A stretch of DNA of 64,000 nucleotides. Source: Amoebophrya sp. A120 (lineage: Eukaryota > Protista > Dinoflagellata). The notes under the pieces were generated by a model. It worked only from the letters and a program-made list of their open reading frames with translations, did not search any database and had not been told where the DNA came from. The stretch spans positions 2,872,587-2,936,586 of the forward strand of contig CAJINV010000010.1 in the NCBI GenBank assembly GCA_905178155.1, in the 5' to 3' direction. Below are positions 34,727 through 47,000 of the stretch, one piece after another; position 1 is the stretch's first letter; every line of letters begins with the position of its first letter. The translations under genes and the position numbers were made by a program.

Positions 34727-37700
34727 CTATCTGCTTCGTAGTTGTTCTCGTTCCTTCTGTTTGTTCATTATTTTTTCAATGTCTTTTTGCAGCGGCTCAT
34801 TCTTCTCAAGCCGTTTTCGCCATTTTTCGTCGATTGGAACCTCCACGGCGGCCTCCTCACCAGTCGCATTCATTTCGCTCGCCCCTGGCGGACTACTCGC
34901 GGTCTTCGACAGACTGGCACTTTCGTCCTCGTCTTCCCCTAAGCTGCTGGAAAACGACAGTTCCCCGTTGGTCCCGTTATCTTCTTCCAGGAACATGTCC
35001 CGCTGTTCCCGCTCCTCACCATCTTCGTCGATCATGCGCAGTAGCTTTTCCTTCTGCTTCATGCATTGCAAAAGTATCGCACTAAGCAGCAACTGCATGA
35101 CAAATTCGCATTCGTATGAAAAAAGCAACTTGTAATGCTGATTTTGATCCAGAAGGACGTTTGTCATGCAGGATTGCAATTACGTTTACGTCCGAGTACG
35201 CTACTTTTGCGACGCATATGTTTCGAGATGTCGTGTTTTTTCGCGTAGGGGTTCCGCCAGGTGTAGGCACCGGTGACGCGGTTTTTCCAGTAAAATCGGC
35301 CCTTTTTCTTCGTGGACTCCACTTTCTCCCACTCATCCGCCGTTACCAGCTCACTAACAACTTCGTGCCGGATCTTCGCCTTGCCCACGTCGTGGTGGAG
35401 AAAGAATTTCTATGAAAGTGCACAACTACCCCATCCCCCTCATTTGTCATGCAAAATTCCAAATCCACCCTTTGCCTGTTAATACTGTTTGCATGACAGA
35501 TTCCGGAATAATCGAATTCCAAAACAGCACGACTACAAAAATCCTCTAGGAATTTGTCGTGCGAAAGCTGCATCTTTGCCCGAACTTGTGTTGCTGTTCA
35601 TGCAACACGAATGAGGGGCAGGGGGAGTTGTGCACTCTCATAATTTTCCGTTCTTTTGCGACGTGTGCTCGCCCTTGGCCAGAGCCTCGCGTGCGATGGA
35701 GCCCCGCTTGGTCGCTTTCTCGTTGTACTGGTACCTGTAAAGTTGTGGTTGTTCTATTTTTTGGTGCATTTTATTTATTTCCCGCATGAAGTTGAAGAGC
35801 ATCATGAGGATGAGCTGCAGGCTTTGATGGTATTTTAATTTTTACGCTGCCGTGGCAAAACGGCATGACATCAACATTTTGTCATGCCAACACCACAATT
35901 CAAAAAAACACGTATACATTCCGACATCCTTCCGCACCAAGTCCTTCCTTTTATCCAGCTCATCAGGCTGCAAGATTTCGATCTTCTTCGCCTATCCTCT
36001 GGAAAACAAGTACCGTACTCGTATTTCGCAGTCATGCAAGACAAATCTCTTTTCTGAAGCCAAATCCGCATGAGCAATCGCATTTGCCATGCTGAACCAA
36101 TTTGTGATGCAACTAGAACTACCAATACGTAGTACGATACTTTTGCAATGCATATCACCTCCGTCTCCTTAAAGAAGCTCGCCAGGTATTTTTCCTCGTC
36201 CGTCATTTGCGACTCATCGGTGGACACAATCCTTTATCAATTGCAAATATGTCTGGGTCTGGAAGGTGGCAACTTCTCATGGTAAATCTGAAGCATGCAA
36301 AAATCTGCGTTGCATGAGTGCCAAAAGCTGTCCACTTTTGACCAAGTTGGAAGGGAGTTTGTCATGTAGGATAGGCATGACAGAGACCTCGCAGAGCCTG
36401 TCATGCTAAGTCCCGCATTCCAGAACTCATGGGTCATGGAAAATCTGCATGACAAGTTTACACTTTTACAGACCCAGACATTTCTGCACTTGATATCCTT
36501 TTTCCACCCACATACCGCACCGAACTCCGGCTCATTGACAACGCCAGCGGGTTGTATCACAGTGCACCACTCCCCCTCCCGCTCATTTGTCATGCAAAAT
36601 ACCCAGTCCAGCCTTTGCCTCTTGGCACTGTTTGCATGACAAGTTCGGGTAGCCCAAATAGCACTACAATCCAGTAGGAATTTGTCATGCAAAACCGGCA
36701 CTCTACTTTGTATTGCCACATATGCAATACAAATAAGGGGAGGGGTGGTTGTGCACCGTCATAGGTTGTCTGCGTGGTCTCCTTGCTGCAGAAGCCTGTT
36801 TTGATGTTGTAGTACATCGCTGGTCGTGCCCAGCTGAAGCATCTCCGTTTCCGAAGCACTGGAGTCCGGCGTCGTTCTCGTCCGGAAGTGACTCCCCTCG
36901 ATGGGTGGCGGGGGGACGGGCGCTATGCTAGTACTCGAACTCGATGTGTTGGTGCCTCCGGATGTACCTCCTCCGAGCGGTACAACTAAGCCCGTGGATC
37001 TTATCGTCTGATGCAGTCCCGCGCCGCCAGTTCTGGAAGAGGAGGAGCTCGAGGAAGTTGTTGCACCTCCAGGTGGGGAACCGGCTGGAAGGGAAAACGG
37101 TTGGTGAAGCTGGTCCGTGTAGTAGAGGTTATCGCCGCCTGCTACGCCTTCATCATCATCGTCTTCTGGGGGTAAAAGCCGCTCTTCTGTACTGGGTTTG
37201 TACCGAGCTTGTGGTCCTGCCGGGACAGCAGCAGAAGCAGAACCAGCTAAAGCCGGGAGGTTGTTGTTTTTCAGAATGCTCGGGCGGCTAGTGCCAGCTG
37301 ATCCACTGTTTTGAAACGTTTGTTTATTCCTCGTATCCGTCTCCTTCACCGGACTGATTCCGGATTCGATCCGCTGCTGGTCTAGCGCGGCAGCGATGGA
37401 CTTATTTTTCTCGGGTTTCGTAACTCTCCCACCTGTATGAATTGCAAAAGTATCGCACGGACTCGTATAAATGCATTCCAGAGCATGAGAAATAAAATTT
37501 GTAATGCTGATTTACCTTTAGAAAAAGTTTTGTATATGCATGATTGCAATACGAGTACGATACTTTTGCAAGGGATAACCTGTTGTCGCGTCTGATTTTC
37601 CGAATTGTTCCATCCCCGGCAGCATGGTAGCGGAAGAAGTGGACATCGGGAGGGAGATGTATGAAAGCCTCAGAATGGAAATTCTCATCAAAGTGGAAAT

Positions 37701-40637
37701 AATTTGTGATGCATGAAATTCGACACCAAAAAGACTGTATTGCAGAGAACGCACTTGAGGCCGACTACTGTGCCTCTACGGCTTCAGAATTGGGCTGCTG
37801 ATTAGCACGAGAGAAGGGCACCCCTTTGCCTAACTAGCATGACAAACCCGCTTTGAGTACCCGGGAAATTTGTCATGCGCCGATTAGAAATGGTGCTTCA
37901 ACTGGAGTCGTTTTTTTGCATTACAAATTATGTTCACTTTGAGGATTTCCAACCTGAGGCTTTCATAAGATGTGGATCGGCCGTTGGTCTTCGATCGCGT
38001 GCTCCGCTGCGTAGTTCATCCCGATGCTGTTTGGACTCGAATCGAGAATGCTGATTCCTTATGCATTGCAAAAGTATCGCACTCGTATAAATGCATTACA
38101 AATTTCCTCAGCATGAGAAATGAAATTTGCAATGCTGATTTGCCTTAACAAAAAGATTTGCAATGCATGACTGCAATACGACGAGTACGATAGTTTTGCA
38201 CATGATATTTCTGGCTGTATCTTATTGTTTCGCTGGTCTTCGGCATCTAACCGCGGTCGCCGCCAGAAGTCCGTCCAACCACGGATGTTGCCCTTTACCA
38301 TCTTGGTGGTATGCAATACAAATTTTTTGCACTGCCGTGGTAGTAAATGTAAAAAATATAAAACGCATCACAAATCCTTTGATTTTCATGGGTCATCCAG
38401 GAAACAGGAAACACGCGGCCATTTGTAACGCGAAACAAAAAGAGGTGCATTGGTAGTTTTGTCACGCTGCGTCGACGAGATCGTCAACACCGTTTGATTT
38501 TGTACGTCTACAACGGCAAAGGCAAACTGTATATTCCGTGGATACTTGATTCGGTCATTGTACTCGCGCAAGGTCTCCATGCCGAGGATCTTCCGTTTCT
38601 TCGCGTATGAATTCGTGGCTTTCATCGGGGAAACCATACCCTGTTGAGAGTGGGAGAGTTTCGACTTTCTCATGCGTAGAAGCTATGTTGACAGAGGCAA
38701 TTTCATCTCATGCTTACTAGAGACGTCAACTTGAGAAAATGTTGAACGAAAATCCAAGTATACTATACCCTGAGCCTCGTCAGAATGGCATGCGGCGACG
38801 GCTGTAGGTGCACTTTCCGCGACTTGTTCACTTTCTTGATCGCTCGTGGACTGATGTGCTCTTCATCGAGTGCCTGTACGTACAAGTGGGCTGGGTTTGT
38901 TGCTATTTTCGGGTGGGTTTGTCATGCAGCTAGATTCAATTTGTTATAATGAACATGAAATCTTCATGTGGGATTCGTATGTGTTGTCAAAAGAAACCTG
39001 CCCTTCTTTCTTACCTTGCTTTTCACCGAGTCCACCGGTATCGGCTCGCTTCCGACGATGTACCAGCAGATGTGGAAAGGAAAAAGATTTGCTTGTGGAT
39101 GAACAATCTGTCATGCCTAAACCACAAGAGGCTAGTGCTACACTCGGAATTCCTACTAACCTACTAGCTTTGCTTCCTCGATCGCACAAGGAGACCTCCA
39201 CAGAGAATGGTGGAGCGCCGTCCACACAACCGTGCTTAGTACATGACAACCTTTACAGACAAATTTTGCACCAAATACAAATCCTTTCAACATCCCATAC
39301 CACGTTATCAAACAGCAGAACAAAATCCCACTGCAGATCAGCACCACGGTCACAAACACCGGCATTCCCTCGCTCTGGTGGCAGATAAACCGGTGGCTGT
39401 TAGGTTGGTACGCGTAGTGCCCGGTCGTTTTATGGTAGTGTCAGGATCGAAATCGACAAAGTTGAAATAATTTGTGATGCATAAAATGCAGCCCACAAAG
39501 AGCCTGTCTTGCAGACTAGGCAAGTGGGGGTGGGGCTGATTGTAAGCCTTATTTCGAGGGGTAGAAACTGAGCTACTAAAGTAGCATGACAAAAGGCGCC
39601 TTGCTTACCCAACCAGCATGACAAACTGGATTTCGGACCTACCCAAATTTGTCACGCAACACTTGGAAACTGGGTTACAACTGGCATCCATTTTATGCAT
39701 CACAGACTATTTGTTCAGCTCTGTCGATTTCAATCCTGACACTCCCATACGTCTTTCCAGTTCGGTAGAAATTCGGCTGGAAGCAGTCGTCTTCCTTGAA
39801 CTCGAAAATTTCGAACGCCGACTCGTCGTGCAGTTTGCACTGCTGGGTGGCGGGAAACCGTTGCAGGCGCACCTTGCCGTGGTTACACTCCAGCAGGCGG
39901 TAGCCCGAGTAAAACGCGTTTGCGTTTTCGTACAGCGGCCGGGTGGTGCCCAACGCTGGGTTGGACGCGGCGGAGGGGTCGGGGATAATCGGCGCTTATC
40001 ACAGGAAAAAGTGTTAACGTCAACGGAAACGGAATTTGTGATGCAGTGACGCATAACACCACGTGCCCAATGAATTTGTCATGCATAGAATGCACATGAG
40101 GCAAAATTTGCCATGCGTGGCTGCATTCTGTGAAAATCATTAACGTATGCACTTGTTTGTTTGATAGCGTCGGCTGCGTGCTCATCTCCTCTTCGTAAGA
40201 AAGGCAGATCTGCTGCTGCCTATCAACTGTAAAAGTGTCTGGGTCTGGAAGAATGCATGTTTGTCATGCTTGTCTGGCATGACTCTTAAATCTGTCATGC
40301 ACGTTACACAAGAGCTCCATTTTTCTGTGATGCAGGAACGCAGTTTGTCATGCAGAATACGCAACACCTACAAGCTCAGAAACTTGTCATGCTGAGCCAG
40401 CATTTGTGGCCTCATCATGAGACGCCACCCAGCATCACAAGTTTCCAGACCCAGACATTTTTACATTTGATACTGCCAGGTCTTGTACGAAAGCCGTTCG
40501 GTGAGCTCGAACTGCGGGGCGCAGGCCGTGCCTTCCGGGCCGTTGTAGGATTTTACCTCGGCGACGTCGAGGGCGAATGTTGAGAAGGTGGTCATCAACA
40601 GTAGGATGATGGTTGAGACATGATAGCGCAACACCAT
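34727..40637 (-). CDS. Multi-exon unknown protein with a WW domain near the C-terminus and a signal-like N-terminus (may be two genes)
   Basis: WW-like DEWEKVESTKKKGRFYWKNRVTGAYTWRNP at ~35245-35335; start MVLRYHVSTIILLLMTTFSTFA; frame continuity checked at several elements but not across 38680-39350. Confidence 0.55.
35060..35218. mobile_element. Introner family B
   Basis: TIR, repeat TGCTT/TGTTT. Confidence 0.85.
35411..35642. mobile_element. Introner family G
   Basis: TIR, repeat ATTTC/ATTTT. Confidence 0.88.
35993..36154. mobile_element. Introner family B
   Basis: TIR, repeat TCGCC/TCACC. Confidence 0.82.
36235..36495. mobile_element. Introner family A, inverted relative to the 17749 copy
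   Basis: TIR, repeat TCCTT; interior is the reverse complement of 17749-18010. Confidence 0.9.
36555..36763. mobile_element. Introner family G
   Basis: TIR, repeat GGTTG. Confidence 0.88.
37436..37577. mobile_element. Introner family B
   Basis: TIR, repeat ACCTG. Confidence 0.88.
37660..37967. mobile_element. Introner family F variant
   Basis: TIR TATGAAAGCCTCAG..TGGAAAT.CTC, repeat AGATG; length and interior are F-like. Confidence 0.85.
38060..38207. mobile_element. Introner family B
   Basis: TIR, repeat TTCCT/TTTCT. Confidence 0.88.
38310..38451. mobile_element. Degenerate introner
   Basis: TATGCA...TGCATT ends, repeat GGTGG/GGTAG; removal gives DKTTKMVKG. Confidence 0.65.
39431..39749. 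mobile_element. Introner family F
   Basis: TIR, repeat CGTTT/CGTCT. Confidence 0.88.
40221..40472. mobile_element. Introner family A
   Basis: TIR, repeat CTGCC. Confidence 0.9.
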
Positions 40638-41461
40638 GGTCGCGGAAGTCGACCTCCGGAGCAGTAGTAGACGCAGAACTGCTGCTACCACGACTGGAAA
40701 ACTGCAGAGACGCAACCCGGAGCAGTCACATCTTCGACTTGACTGGTTCACTATCGTGCTGCGGCCTCCAAGTGGCTTATTTCGACGTTCCCTAGCTGCA
40801 GAAATCCGGCGACGGGTGGGGCGGTAGAGGTATATTGATGTTGTAGTTGACATCTTCTTCATCTTCTTCAACATGCTCTTATTCGCATTAGACAGAGTAG
40901 CAAGCTTGTTACGATAGGAATAGCTCGTGAAACTTTCGAAATCATACATAAATAAATGCTCTAGCCCTACCAGTCTAAGTAAGAAATTGTACATGATGAG
41001 TTAATGACATAGGAGCCCGGCCGCGGTCGCGGTGCAGCCGCAGTGTAGTCTTCATGCTGGTTGTATACACTTTCGTCAGGTTTTCCGTGCATCCCTCAAG
41101 GTGCTCTCGTTCAAAACACCACCCACTCTGCTATTTTGCGACCACTTACTACGATTGTTCATCGTTGTTGATACAACCTCAAGAAAAACTGACAACTCGG
41201 AGAACTTCTAGCAAGGGTTCGAATGAAGTCAGAACTCCACGAAATAGAATGCTCAGCAAACGAAGTAGACGAATTTGAATCCGAGTGGAAGAACGGAAAA
41301 ACGAAAAAAAGATTTGCGACCTTTGAAAACGAACAATGCCGAATGGGCGGGACGACGCAAGGTGGTCGTGCTGTTTTCAACAGTATTACCTCCAAAGTAA
41401 AGAACAATGCACTTATGTAGAACATGTTGATATTTCTACTCCCGGACTGTCTTGGTTTTCT

Positions 41462-43758
41462 TCATTCCGCCACTATCCGCTTCTCACCACAGGTCCTTAT
41501 CGCTGCCAGAATTTCCTTCCAAAACATTTCAAAGTCCATCCGAAACGCTATAAACAAATTCTTCTCCCCCTCTTCCCGCGAATCAAAATCCACGACGGTT
41601 TGCCCCGCGGGGGAAAGGCGGCTGCTTTGCAACGAGCCTGGTCCGGTCGTGGTCACGTCCACGAACACGCGATGCTTTTCCACGAAGCCAAGGGATTGAG
41701 GAGAGGAGTAGTTGGGCAACGTTGGAGCTGCAGCAGGGCCGCTTTGTTGTTCCCCATCTCCATCCTCTCCATTTTGCCTTTGGCCTCGGTCATCATCCTC
41801 CCGTGCTACTTCATGCAGATTCAGGTACTTTTCCCTATCCTTCTCGTTCCGAAAAGCCTCGGGAAAGAGGACAAAAAAGACGGCAATCGGATCGTGTAAG
41901 GGGTACTGATTCTTCGCCGCATGTCCGTACCGCTCGAGATTCAGCAACACCTCCGGATTCCGCCAGTTCCCGTAGTTCTCGCCGGCTCGGCGCAGCAGCT
42001 GCCGCACGGTCCGAGCCAGATCGGGCTCCTGGTAGTTTTCTTGGGATGTTGAAAAAATCTGCGCAACTCGGGTCTCGAAGTCCGGGCCGGCGAGCGCTAG
42101 TGTCGTCAAATCCAGCGGCACCATCAACGCCGTCCGGATCTTTGCGCAGTAATATGCATTGCAAAAGCGTCGTAGTAGTACTAGTAGAAATTGCATCACT
42201 AATTTGGTCAGCATGAAAAATGGAATTTGTGATGCTTGTTAGCTTACAAAAATAGGTCTGTCATGCATGAATGCTGCCGTTACTACGAGTACGATACTTG
42301 TTTTGCAGAGGATATGTAGACCTCGATCACCATTTTGGCGGCTTCGGGAGGGTGTGGAGGGGGGGAAATGGTTGTGGTTTCAAAGGAAGCAGGACTAGAT
42401 TTAGAATGAGAGTAAATTTGGCTTTCGTGGTCCAGCATGATTAGATCGGCACTATTGATACAGAGCAATCTTCTAGTTGTTTCATTCTGGAACCGCTGGT
42501 TGACGATGACCACGTTCTTGTCTGAAGTACTAATGCCAAGGCACAAGTGCAGCCCTTCTACTTTCTTTTTCGATGTGAAATCCCAGATTTTTGAAGTAAC
42601 TCTGGCCCTTTCATGCACTTTCAAGTACGAAACCTGCGGTAGAAGTGATAGAAGAAAAACTACATCACAAGCTTTTCCCATTTCGTAAATCGCAGTGACA
42701 ATTAAATTCCACCGCGGAGTTGATATTTCCCAAAGCAACCGCCCCGCCCATGAAAACGAAGCCGGCCAGGTGGCCGCAGATCTTGTCGCCATACAGGCTG
42801 AACAGGAGCGCGGTGTTCGTTAGCGGCCCGGTACATACCAGCCAGGAGGTGTGTCGCGGCGTGGACAGAATCGCATCTCGCATCGCTTCCACGGCGTGCT
42901 GGTGTTTGTGTATTTTTCGCAATTTTTTGCTTTTCACTACTAGAGGGCAAAACATGCGAATCTTGTGCAGCTCCAGCATTACTACAAGCAGCAAGCCAAG
43001 GTCAACGGTATCCATTCTCGTCCGGTCGTGGCGCTACAGTTGAAGAATCTTCTAGTAGTACATTGTCTGTACCTTGTTCTTCCCGCCGCCCAATTGCAGC
43101 TGCTCCTCTGAATTGTAATTCTCGAGCCGAATCTTTCCCAGCGTGTCGGTGCCATCTAGGCCGGTGTCCCCATGTATATGGTCGGCAAACTTCGGGTCCC
43201 GCAGTAACGGTCGACTCGCCCCGGGGTAGACAGGGTAGTCTTTTCCCTTTCCCGCCAGGTACAAAATCTTGCGCGCATTGGTCGTGGTTTTCGCCAGATT
43301 GACGTTTCCAGCCACAGTGCTGACGCCGAGGAGTTCGGTGTTAAAGGTAGTAGAAGTGTTGGCAACGGCGAGGATCAAGGCGATGGCGTTGTGTATCGAC
43401 GTGGGAAATTGAAGATGAACCTTCAATGGATCGCTGAACATTTCCATTATCTTTACACACACGACATCGACCTCTACAAAAATTATGCCCTATTACACCC
43501 GCGACCAGCATCTGTAGCAGGAGCCGTAGTGCATTCATTATCATTGCACACTTTTGCTGCAGCTGTTTCTTTCCAAGTTGTCGTGCTGTGTGCGGCAATT
43601 TACAAATTGACATCCATGATAGCACTCTTATTTTCCCGTAACCTATCGTCCACACCCGGATCGCAATCGTACCAGAGGTACTTTTTCTTCGAACTTGGAC
43701 CTGGCTGTGTTCCATTTTCTGCGCCAGGGCCACTGCCCGTCGAAGTAGACGATGTCAT
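41462..43758 (-). CDS. Inosine/uridine-preferring nucleoside hydrolase family protein
   Basis: DCDPGVDDAIAL, STVAGN, HIHGDTGL, TGPLTN, MGGA, GN..SAVEFN..CDPEAA, MVPLDLT, PLHDPIAV. Confidence 0.9.
42153..42314. mobile_element. Introner family B
   Basis: TIR, diverged repeat AGTAA/TGTAG. Confidence 0.8.
43394..43645. mobile_element. Highly degenerate introner-like intron
   Basis: TAT...TA ends, weak inverted repeat, diverged repeat TTGTG/TCGTC; removal restores GVDDAI. Confidence 0.55.
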
Positions 43759-44049
43759 GGTTGCCGTACAACTAGCGGTGGCGCGAATCAGAGTGAGGCG
43801 AGATCGAGGGAACAAATAAAAACCGCAGCCCGCACTACGGTGTGTGTTTCCACCCCCAATTTTCCACGGGAACTCCTGGTGGTGCTGTCGAAAACAAGAC
43901 CGGCTCAATGTGTAGTCACGAGCGAAGCAAGCATTTTTACCATGGTTGTACCCAATTTGACCAAGTAGCCCACGCAGTTCGGCGGGCCTGGTAGTACCGC
44001 CGCAGATCCGTCGACACCTCTGGGACGAGGACCGCTCAATGACACACTT

Positions 44050-47000
44050 TTAAATCCTGGACGAGGCGCTTGCTGTGCTAAGTGAAGCACTAAAAGCCAC
44101 GGCTCTAATATTCAAAATATGAGTGCGGTCTGTTCTGCGGCGAAACGAAAAGCGAGCAGCGGAGGGAGCAACAAAAAGCATGCGTTTTCTGCGCTTCTTT
44201 GTCGACGTTGTGTGCGACCTACTGGGCGGACTCCATGCTCCATGGTTTATGTAGAATATGACGAGGTGACAACTGAAACTGTTAATGTCCTGTAGTACTG
44301 CAGATGAAGATCTGGAGCAAGTGGTTGAGGATCTCAAGATCCTTTTCCTTGTGCTGATCGTGCCGCTCATCTACCTCTCTCGTTGTGCTGCATTTTTGAG
44401 GACGCGCAGAGCTGTAGAAGCACGACCAAGGGCCGCTCCTGTACAACCGGGCGATTCGAACACATCGGCCACACTAAGCGACATGAAGATGTTGAAGTCG
44501 GGAAGATGCTGTAGATGAAGTAGATCATCAACGAAATCGCTGATCAAATCTTCAGCCTGTGTCTGTTTGTACGAAATTGTCGGCAGTAGAAGCACGTGGC
44601 GCCAGCAAGTTAACCGTGATGGTCATCCTCGGTTAACCAGGGTGAAGACGCGACCTGGTCTGTTGGTCACCAGCCTGAACAGCACACGGAAGCTTGTAGA
44701 GTTAGAGTCGTCCTCCGTTCTCGTCGTTCTACGTGCGCAAGCTTGTTAGATAGGACTGCCTTGCACGACCAGCGGCGGGCTTCCGTGATGATCAGCAGCT
44801 TGTCTACCAGCAGAGGTACTACCACGAGCGCTAGCCGTGCCTCCACTTTCGCCAATGCAGTCGTCGCTCCCCATGACTTCTACTTCATTCGTGTTCGACG
44901 TCCCACTCAAAATTTGTTGCAGCTGTCCATCATTCAGGATCCCGAAGGTTTTGGTCCGGTTTTCGCGACCGCTTGTTCTTGCAGCGCCTTGGCTTTTATC
45001 ACCCGCAGGCGGGCGGGGCACGGCGACGGCCCGCTGTGGACCAGCACCTCGTACTCCCTCGTCCGCACCAGCAGCACTCGTTACTTCGGCCTCCGGAAAA
45101 ACTCCAGTTGGACGACTCGCAAAGAGGACTGGAGCGCCCCCGTCGTCCTCACCAGTATACACGTAGCTCGTGTCCTCGTCGATTTCCTCGTTTTCGCCGG
45201 CCCATACCAATCTCAGCTCCTCCACCGAGAAACTTCTCTGTCCAAGCTATGCGAGTGAAATAAATCACCATCGAATTCTGATTCTCCCTCTCCGACTCTC
45301 AGGATATATATAAATATGGTAAAGAATAGCATGCTTACCCATACGGAACAAGAATCAAAGTGTTTCTCTACTTTCTGTTTACTTATATTCATTTTTCATC
45401 CACAAGATGAAGGTGCCGGGAAATACTGAATACCAAGGTGATTGTAACTCTCTGCACCGAAGCATACACTTTTCCAAGCGTCGAATTTTTGACTGTTCGT
45501 TGCCAAGGAGCGCGGGGCGATTTGGTAGGCTGCGGCTACTGATGCTCCGGGGGATGAGCCGGGGGCAGCATCTACCTGATCTTCGAACGGGTCCGGGACG
45601 GGCTGGAAGTAGATTGTGGAATTCTCTTTCACGATATCACAAGAAAAACAAGCGTTATTTCATCACAGATTGCAGTCATTCATCACAAATGTAGCTCATT
45701 ACGAATGCTATGGATGACAAATTCTGGCATGTTTTGTGATGCATGGCTGCATCACAGAAGATTCCGTATAACGTTATACATTTTTTCCTGTGGTACACGA
45801 TCTCGCGCAGTTTGCCCTTCCAGTAGTCGTGAATGTAGGTTTTTCGCATTGCTGTCAAGGTCACAGAGGGTGTCTTGATCATGGTCGAGTGGTCGGGAGG
45901 ATGCATGTTGTAGTTTCTGGGAAACTTAACCTTCAGCTCATCCTGGTAGAATTTCTTCAGTATCCAACTGGGAAGAAAACTAGTAGCATATCACATGTGT
46001 AGATGTTGCAAAAGTGAATACTAGAAGTACACAATGAAGAACTCTTTCTTGCACCATCATGTCTCGAGCAGAAAAATGCTACATGGGGTATCCCAGGGCA
46101 GATCTTTCTGTTTTTCTGCTGCTTTCTGCATTTTCTTTTTCCAAATGTGGAGATATGCTAGCTTTTTTCTTCTGTGCGATATTTAGTGCTATATTTGCGA
46201 AGCCCTCCGCTTTCCCAAAATCGTTCGCCTCGTACAGCTCCTCCGCTTTGAATTATGCCCTGCAAGAGGATGAAAAGCATCGCAATAGTGGAAACTGCAT
46301 GGCAAATTTTCCCAGCATGATGAAGTATTGAATTTGCAATGCGGATTTACGTCCAGAATAAGACCTGTAATGCATACCTGCAACTACAACGACAAGTACG
46401 ATACTTTTGCAATGCATGAGAATCCGTTAGCAACGATTCCCATGATGGCGGCGTATTCTTCGCAGTGGTCCGATAATCTCCTCACATGTTCAAAATCGGC
46501 CATCCTTCCCGTACTACTTGTGAGGAACGGGCGCAGCAGTGTCATCACTTGCGTCGCCTCGGTACGGTTATTTTCCGCAATGGACGCAAGCAGGGATTTT
46601 TTCAGCGTCGCCCGCCTTTCGCCGTTCAAGACCGCCTCCAGCGCGAGCACATTCATGCACAGGTGCGCGTATCCCAGCAGGGCGTCCAGCATTCGGGGGT
46701 CGATTTCGGGAAAAAGATCTTGGATCGCCTTCACCGACAGGCGGCCATTAAACTCGACCAGAAACTCGTAGAGCGCATGGGCCTCTTTCGCGTGCTGCAG
46801 TGCGGTCTCCAGGTCCTTTTGGTCGAAGAGTTTAGCAGATTGTATTGCCGTTTGCCCGGCAGAAGATGACCCAGCACCCGAAGCTGGGGAAGATGCCCAC
46901 CCGCCGGCGGCTCCAGACGCCGCGAATACAACTTCACCCATCCCTCCCTCCATTGCTGGCGGCCCGCCGCTGGCAGTGAAAGAGCTGCTAGAATATGTGG

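Noticed and set aside
2494-40472. Recurrent TGTCTGGGTCTGGAAG repeats as a CRISPR array or REP-type repeats
   Set aside because: They are dispersed inverted pairs about 250 bp apart inside eukaryotic genes, with no tandem repeat-spacer pattern and no cas genes.
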